Positions 8,865-17,800 of a stretch of DNA of 64,000 bases are shown here, one piece after another. The notes below the pieces were generated by a model. It did no database searches and had not been told where the DNA came from. It saw only the letters and a list, made by a program, of their open reading frames with translations. Both the position numbers and the translations under genes were made by a program. The stretch covers positions 5,035 through 69,034 of the forward strand of contig CAYXFD010000014.1 in assembly GCA_964464175.1 (NCBI GenBank). The letters are read 5' to 3'. How positions within the stretch are numbered: position 1 is the first letter of the stretch; each line of letters starts with the position of its first letter. This DNA is from an uncultured Candidatus Cloacimonadota bacterium. Lineage in GTDB: Bacteria; Cloacimonadota; Cloacimonadia; Cloacimonadales; JAJBBL01.

Positions 8865-11800
8865 GTAGAAGACTCCATTCTCCAGGTAAGCGGAGCTGAT
8901 AATCGGAGTTGCCAGCACTGATGCGGTCTCTCTGGTGTGAATATTACTGAGATGGAAATTTATCTCCGGATCAATTCCACTCGGTCTTTCCATATAAAAA
9001 CCGAGTTTGACGGTTCCTTCCACTCCCGAAAGACTTACTATAACCTGTTCTCCGCCGGCTGCAACCGGATCACCATTCAAACCGGAAAGTGAATATATCG
9101 TGTTGCTTGCCGACCAGGTTACACCGTTATCAGAGGATACTACAACTGCAAAGAAGTCCTGCGTTCCAAGTTGAGCCGGTTCTTCGCTATTCAACTCTGT
9201 CACGGCAATATCGAAGACAAGTTCGTAGTCTGCCTCTAAATCGTTCATATCGATCGGAGGGCTTATGAACCAACGGTGAACTGATTCCGAGGTAGCAACT
9301 CTCAATCTGATCCTTGCTCCCCAATCATTTTCCGGATTATTGGCGAAAGATGCACTGACCCAATCTGCGCTTGAGCTTGGCGAAAACTCGCTGTTTTCAG
9401 TTAAAACTCCGAAAGGCTTTTCCCAGTCTGTCGGTGGGAAGGGCATCAGATTAACCGTAAATGGAACTGAAATTGTCGGATCGTAACCGGTTCCGGATAA
9501 AGATATCTGATAATCACTCCTCGGAACAGGAATGTCTTCAGTATTACCATGCAGGGAGGCAGAGGGAGTAATGGAAATGCGTTCGGAGAGTTCTTCACTG
9601 ATCACGATAGAGGCGTTTTTCGAACCTTCCGAGTCAGGGGAGAACCTTACTCCGATAACAGCAGTATCGTGGAGGATCAGATGAACGGTTTCTTCTAAAT
9701 TATCAAGGATGAATTGATCGGGATTATCTCCCGTCAGACTTATCTGCGAAGGATCTATAGTCAAAGTTCCTGTTCCTGCATTACTGATGATGAACTCCTG
9801 GATGACACTTTCCGTATAAAGATTCTGGACACCGAAATCCATCTCATTGAGCGAGACTTCCAATACCGGGTTTTCAGGTATCTCTGAAACCGAGAAATTA
9901 GTTACATAAAAGCGGTTATTGGGAGTTAATCCGAAAGGTCTTTCGGCATAAAAACCGATCTTTACGGTACCGGCAATGCTTTCCAGATCGATCGAAACAG
10001 TCTCGCCGGCAGGAGAAATCGTCTCGGGAAACTCCCAGCTTTTCAGGATATTGTTCTGACTCCAGGTAACGCCGTCATCATAAGAGATAACGACAGCGAT
10101 CAGGTCATTTTCACCTAAATCAGTTTGCTCGGAACCGGCGGAAGGGGTCAAAGCTATATCGAATTCTAAGCGCTTGTTACCGGAACCAAGATCTATGGGG
10201 GGTGTTACCAGCCAGTGATTTCTTGCCCCCACTATTTGAATATGAGCGCTGTTGTTAACTTCACCGGTGTTGGCAAAAGGATGATGGTTCCAGACGGAGG
10301 ATGCCGGAGTCAGTTCACTGTTTTCAGTCAGCAGTCCTGAGTATATTTTCCATTCGAGAGGGGGGAAGAGGGAGCCTGTAAACGCTTCTGTATGTGGCGG
10401 GATTATAGTTCCGTCATAACCAATACCTTCTAATGTTATATCGTATGAAGTTCTTTGAGTATTATCTGACCTGGGGTTTCTTGTCACATTGCTTGAGAAT
10501 CTCACCTCTTCACCAAACGGATCCTCTATTCTTAGTATTGCATTTTTTGCGCCAAGGGAGAGGGGAGAGAAAGAGACGGAGAAGCTGAATGATTCACTCA
10601 TGCCTAAATAGATCGTCTCTAAGAAGTTGTGAGAAAACTCAGCAGCATGGTCTCCAGTTAAAGAAATATCCTCAGGTCTGACTTCGAGTAAACCACCTCC
10701 TGTGTTTGTAATCGTGATCAGTTCGATATTGCTTGTCTGGTTGATATGAACTGCATTAAAGTCAAGATGATCAGGATTATATGAGAATTCAGGAATAACA
10801 GGGAAGGGTTCGAAGTTTACATTCAGAGTAAAAGGAGTAGTTTGTTGCCCTTGACTCGTCGAAACTATCAGATAATAGAAGCCGGGATCAAGAACAAAGC
10901 TTTCGATAGCAGCAGTTGAAGCAAGATTTACAGCATAGGCAAGAAGCGGTGCCGGAGAACCAGGATCAGGTGTATTCTGCATCAGGAAGATGCCCACCAT
11001 GCTCGTTCCAGTGATATCTGCAGAAAACCACCCTTCGTCAAAAACTTCAAACTGAGCGACAAAATCATTACCGCCAATAAACATGCTGTTAGGGAGAATA
11101 TCGGTACTGGAATAATCATTACCGTAATGCTCGGTATGATCCTGATAGTTAGTCAAGGGGAAGCTTTCAATGACAAATGGGTTCTCCCATGTTGAACCGG
11201 CAGGTCTTGGCAAAGCCTCTCCGGTGAGATTTATTGTGGAAAGACTTCTTTGGGAAGCACTGCGGTCTCTTTTACTTTGCTCAAGTGATATATTACTCTC
11301 CCTGAGCGGGATATCACTGCTAAAGATTTCTACATAAGCACTCTTTGGTCCTGCAGTATCAGGGGCAAAAGTTACTCCGATGTTGGCGGTGGTATCTCCG
11401 CTAAGTACTATTGTTTCGGTTATTTCGCTCAGAGTAAAGTCGAGATAGTCATCACCCATAAGCATCACATTCCCCGGGTTTATGGTAATTGTTCCATCTC
11501 CTGCATTGGAAAGAGTGAATTCCTGAACAGTCGATTCGCTGTTTACTCTGATCTCTCCAAAATCATGGGAACTGGGTGTTATGACAAGTTCGGGAGGTAA
11601 GGGCTGCCAAATCGTTATATCGTCTATTGCGAACCCTTCATCAGTTATAGATGAGTTAGAGAGAAATCTGAAACGGAACATGATCATTTCCTGATTGGCC
11701 AGTTCCGAAGGTAAAGCGGTTGAGTAAAGCGTCCAACCGTCGGAAGTGCCTGACCACATAGGCAGGGGGAAAGACCCGATGCCCTCATCATTGTTATAGA

Positions 11801-14800
11801 AACCTTCTGCTACATAAACATAATACCAGGAGGTACCATAATCTATCGAAGTCTCCAGAATAAGATAATCTTGATCTTCTTCCGTGCGGAAATTCATCCG
11901 GACAGAGAGGTGAGGGTTATCCAATTCGGAAAAATCAAAGACGGGAGAAACTAACCAAACATCCGAAAGATTTACATAATCGTATTCGAGAATGGTCATC
12001 CAGCAGGTCGTGCCGCTATACGCTGAATTGATCTCTGCTTGAGCAGGTGTGCCTAACTCCCAGAGATACATGCTGCTGTTTGCGTCTCCGCTCCAGTTGC
12101 CATGACCATTCTCGAAGTCTTCAAAGTAGGGGAATTGACTTATTCGAACAGGCTCTTCTTCATAGGTAAAAGACCAGATCGGACAATTCAGGGCATCTTC
12201 ACGGCTCCTGTTTCCGGTTCTCTCTCTGCCCGGAGGATCGGTCGTAGGGATTACCTGCCAGTAGTAAGTCTGACCAAAAGTGACTTCGAAGAAGGGACTT
12301 ATTTCATGGTAACCCGTTCCACCGACGACGTAGGTTTCGGCATAACCCTGCATATCGGGTTCTGTGCTTGCTCTGACTCTGAACCCGATGGGATCGGAGT
12401 AAGTCGGTGTATTTGAATAAATCCAGGCCAGTTTGGAATGAACCGATACGTTTTCAGAGTTATCGGCAGGGGAGGGGGTGTGAGCGATATAGGGGTATGG
12501 GGGATAATTGACTACTTTAACGTCATCAATGAACCAGTGGTTCAGATCATAGGGAAGACCTGAGAAGACCCAGGCTATGCGCAAACTGTCGGAGCCTACA
12601 CCATGCTCAAGGTCGGTCAGGGTCAAACGGACTGCCTCTTCTATTATAGAACTGCTGACGTTTTCCCATTCCTGAACCGGGTATTCGTCTAATCTGTCGA
12701 TTGCTAAGACTTTCAGGGTAAAAGAGTTAGAATAATGATCACAAGAGTGCTTAAAGGCAAGCTCAAGCTCAACGTAGTCAGATGTATCAAGATAAGGGGA
12801 GTATAAGTAGTATTCGCCTGATGGTTGGTGTGACCACTCATATCTCATCTCCGGTGCCTCTCCACCCGCTAAGCTGCTGTTTGTGACATACCAGTATGTA
12901 TCGTCTCTCTCCCAGTCCGCAGGGATCGTATTGAGAGCTACATCCGAAAAATCTTCATCGAGCAGGAGATTGACGATTCTTTCTATTCCCTCTCCGTAAA
13001 GGGAAACATTGTGAATATCTCTTGTCCGGTTATTATAGGCAGGTTGATTGCTTCTTACAACGGAAAGGTCTCTTGCTCCGTTAAGATTATCGTTTATTTG
13101 CAGGGATGCTTCTTTGAGTCCTATAGAAGTTGGAGCAAAACTTACCCAGACAAATACCGATTCTCCTGAGTATATAGGCAGAGTTTCAGTAAAGGGGATG
13201 TACAGATCGAACTGAGAAGCGTCTATACCGGTGATTTCGAGGTCGGAAGGAGATAATTCAATGACTCCGTATCCTGTATTTGTGATTTCAAATTCAACTT
13301 CTCTGGTGATCCTTCCCTCTTCTATCATACCGAAATCATAAGACAGAGGATAGATAGTCATTTCGGGAGTAGCTGCATCCCAGATTGAGATATCGTCAAT
13401 AGCGATGCCGTCGTAACTGACTGTGGAGTTGGAAACGAAACGAAATCTCAAATAAACTATGTATTCGTTTTCCAAACCGTCTAAGGAAGTACTGAATTCT
13501 CTCCATACTCCATCTATTCCGGGAGAGTTACCTGACCATTTAGGGGGTGATAATGAGCCGCTGCTGCCGGTATTATTGTAAAAGCCAGTATCCCCTGTTA
13601 CTTTCTGCCAGCTGTTTCCCCAGTCAACAGAAGACTCCAGTATCATTCCGTCATAGCTGTCTTCACACCAGATGTTTAACCAGACAGAGAACATAGGGAG
13701 ATGAACTTCCGAAAAGCTCAGCGGGGGAGAGATTAACCAGCTGTCGGCATTATGGTCATAGTCTGCATCTAAATAGGTCATCCAGGCATTAAAATCACTA
13801 TAGGCGCTATTGATGACACTGTTAAATTCATCAGGGCTTCCCAGTTGCCATTGATCATTGCCTGCGTCAGCACCACTATACCAGCCTGCAGCTCCGGCTT
13901 CAAAATTCTCGAAATACGGGTAGTCTGTCAGGACAGCTAAACCGGAAAGAGGAATCTCATGGATCTCTCTTGTTACGGCTTCTCTGGCAATTGGAGTTAT
14001 TTCCGTAATATTCAGATTACCGCTGCGGCTTAGATTGTCGTTTATACTTAGAGCAGCCGTTTTTTGACCTATGCTGCCGGGTAAGAAAGTAACACTGATA
14101 ACAGCAGATTCCGAATTATCAAGATAGGTAGTCTGAGTGATGTTATCAAGATAAAACTCTAAGGCATCGGGTCCGGTTATCTCAATATCCCAGGGATTTA
14201 AAACAATCGTACCATCTCCGAGATTAGTAATAAGGAATATCTGTTCATAAGAAACAGAACCCGGTTCTACTATCCCGAAATGGCCAAAGGGGGGAACGAT
14301 ATGAAATTGCGGAAATACAGGGTCCCAGTGAATAGTACCATAATACCCCGTGTCATGATAATCTTCTCCGGCAAACATTCCCGAGTAATTACTAAAGGTT
14401 ACCGAGTTCCAGGGATTGATACGCTGCACATTGTATAAACTGCCCCAGGTATTCTCAGGAAATCTAGCCCCGGTTATATTGTATTCTCCGGTTGCATTAA
14501 ATCGGAAAAGCGTTCCGCCACTTTCTCCGTTGCGGAAAGTACAGCCGGTGAAGGTGTGGTCGGTATCAACATAGGAACCGTTGCCAATATTGATACCGGT
14601 TAAATCCATCCGCTCGAAAACTGTGTATTCGGCTCCGATAAGAGAGTTATTATTTGCCGTAAAGGAATAATATCCGTCACTGCTGGTAATGAGAACCGGT
14701 TCTGCAGGAGTTCCGAGAGAGTAGAACTGCCCACCGGAATCAATAGTAAGAGATGAATTGTCAAACAAATCAAGAACAGAGTTGCCGGCTAAAGAGAATT

Positions 14801-17800
14801 TTGCATCAGCTCCGACAGTTAAACTACCTTCGAAAGCTAAAGTATGACCATTGAGGTTAATTAGTCCTGAGTCAAGGCTTAATGTCGTCCAACCGGTCAG
14901 ATTGACATCTCCGGAAATGTCGACAATACTTTCCTCACTTTTATCAATCAGTAAGGAACCCATCTGAGCATTTCCTTTCACATAAAAATCTATGTCGCTT
15001 TCATCTATGAGTTTAACTATACCGGTATCATCATTAAAGGAACCGTTTGACTCTACCAGAAAGTCTCCGTGGAATTCCTTTGCTCTTCCGGATAGTCCGT
15101 ATGACCAATCTCCATTTAGAATCTTGAAGTCACCCGTTACAATTGTGTCTTTGAAAGGCTTGACACTACCTCCGGTTTTATCGACAATAAGATCAGCAAA
15201 GAAGAAATGCGCAGCATAGTCGCTATTTAAGGTCTGATTCGTACTGCCGTTCAAAATCACTCTGTTGTTAGTTGCAGCATTGAAACCGGTAGGGTAAGAG
15301 AAGAGGTCATTTCCGTCATAGAGATTACCTGAGAGGCGGAGAGTGTTTAAGGTCTCTGAAGAAGTAATGTCCAGACCGCCACCATCCATTATGCCAAGGT
15401 TACCCCTAACATCAAGGGTAGAACCATCACCCAGCTTCATCAATCCGAAAGTGATGCCCAACCATCCTTTTACTGTCATTGTTGCGTCGTTCATTATCGT
15501 CAATTCTACCAGGTCAGGGGTACTCTTGTTAACTCCAACATTGTTGAATGATTCAGTGGAGACTTGAGCATTGCGGTCGAAATTGAAGTTAACTATGCCG
15601 TTCCCTTCAACAAACCTGTTTGCTCCAGTATCATTTATCCAGCTTCCTTTCAGATTGATAACAGAAGATTCATTTGAGCCGTTCAAATACCCTCCGGTAA
15701 GATTTACATTGCCGTTAACATTCAGGGTATGATTCAGAACACCAAAGGTACCTGAGTTTATCGTCAGATTATTGATAGTTATATCGCTGCTCAGATAACA
15801 CGCGCCTGAGCCGGTTTTGCTGATAATCAGATCATTAAGATAGTTTCCGGCAAGCATCTGTATGTCAGCAGACAAAGGACCGATCAGTTCAATAGCTCCG
15901 CTATTCTGTTGAAAACCAGGTTGCATAGCTCTGATACCCCAACCGACTTTTACCGTACCACCATTGATTGTGAGGTTACTTCCCGTTCCGAATTGCATAC
16001 CGCCGTTGGTGATTTCTAATGAACCTCCATTGATAACGGTCTCTCCGGCAAAGCTATGGTAAGCTCCGGTATAATCAGCCTGTATATCACAAAATCCGCT
16101 GTTGATAGTAAGAGTAGAGCTTGCTCCCTGAAAGAGGGTATCATAAATTGTTATACCTCCGCCAGTGATGAGTAGATTACCATATATAGCCAATTCTGAG
16201 CAGGATAGCGAACTTTCTTCGGAGAGCACAAAGTCTATACTGTTAGTGCTTACGGAAAAGATGCCTTCTACCCATAGGGAAGTGTTGTTCAGTGAAAGCC
16301 TGTTGTTGTCGGCAATAGTAAAGTCCCCGTTTACATCGATAAAACCATTTTCATTGCTGACAGTATTATTGATCTGTGGTGAGACAGGATTGTTTTTTGC
16401 TATTAGCACATTCCCGAATTTCTGTGAACCGGTAATACTATGGATTGCTTTTGGTTCAGTACCTTTGAAAACAACTAAGTTGTTTCCTTGTAAAGATGCT
16501 AAGCCCCCATTGAAGTACCAGTCACCGTAAACATCAATCTGACCGTTATTTACATCTGCAGATGAACCGCTAAGCCATTTGACATCCCGCATTACTTTGA
16601 GCAGATCGTTTGCTGAGTTCATTCTAAGAATACCGGTTATGAGCAGATCATTTTCAATAGTGACTGTCTTGCCGCTGATGTCCAATATTCCTGAGTAGAT
16701 ATCGAGATCATTATCAATTGCAATGTTTGATAAAAGGCTTACGACGGGATTAGATCTATCCTGATTGTTATCTCGTTCTACTCTGGAAGCACTGCCTTTG
16801 TTGATTATCAGATTGTTGAAGGCAGTGGCGTTTGCTGAGAAGATTGAGCTGTTCTCTGCTCCGGCAATTTCTATAGTTCCATAAGCAAAATAGAGATTCA
16901 ATCTTTCGTTTCTGAAGTTCCCATAGGAAATAATTTTCCCTCCTGAGATACCGTTAACCAGACTGTAACCATTATCCTCGAAAGTTATCCCGTTATCTAT
17001 GATGTTGAGATTACCTCCGCTCATTGTCAGGTTACAGTTACGATTGAATGGTATTCTGGCATCTCCGTTGCCGCCATAGATATTCAGGTTACCATAAGAA
17101 ATATTGAAATCAGCTTCCAGATTGATTGTTTGGGCTGAATCCTGATAAAGATTTATGGTTCCGGACTCGAGAATATAGCCCCCTTTTACTCCGTTCCCTT
17201 CGAGATCATAAGCTGTAAAAATGCCGTTGTTCCGTACTCTGATACCACCGGATGTCCATTTGTAGATATTGCACTCAACTTCGGAATCATTAATAATCAG
17301 GTTACCACTGCTGCTGTTCTCAAGTGTATCAAAGCTGACGTCCTGAATGATCTGATCTCCTGTTCCGCTGAATTTTACAGTGCTGTTAGCTCCGGCGAAA
17401 TTGGTCGGTAATCCTGACAGGTTGTGCCAGTTACCCTTTATCTCAATAATTCTGTTATGACCAAACATTACCGTTTGATTACGAAACTCAATATTGCCGT
17501 GTAATAAGATATTGGAGGCAAGAGTGATGAATGAGTTTTCCAGAGCCAGATTGTTTATTCTACTGCCGACAGAGATTGAGAAAGCACTATCGGAGATACC
17601 TTTGAGGATTAGTTCGCCGGAGTTGAAAACGATATCTCCAGTAACCTGATAAAGAGTATTGATGGTTATATCACCATTATAGTCGTTTTGAAAACAGCCT
17701 TCTGCAGAGACTACTAATCCCTGCTGTAAAAATAGATCAGAAGTTGAGTCAGATAAGTAGATAGCCCTGGCACTACCTGATTTATTGACAGTTAGCTTCC

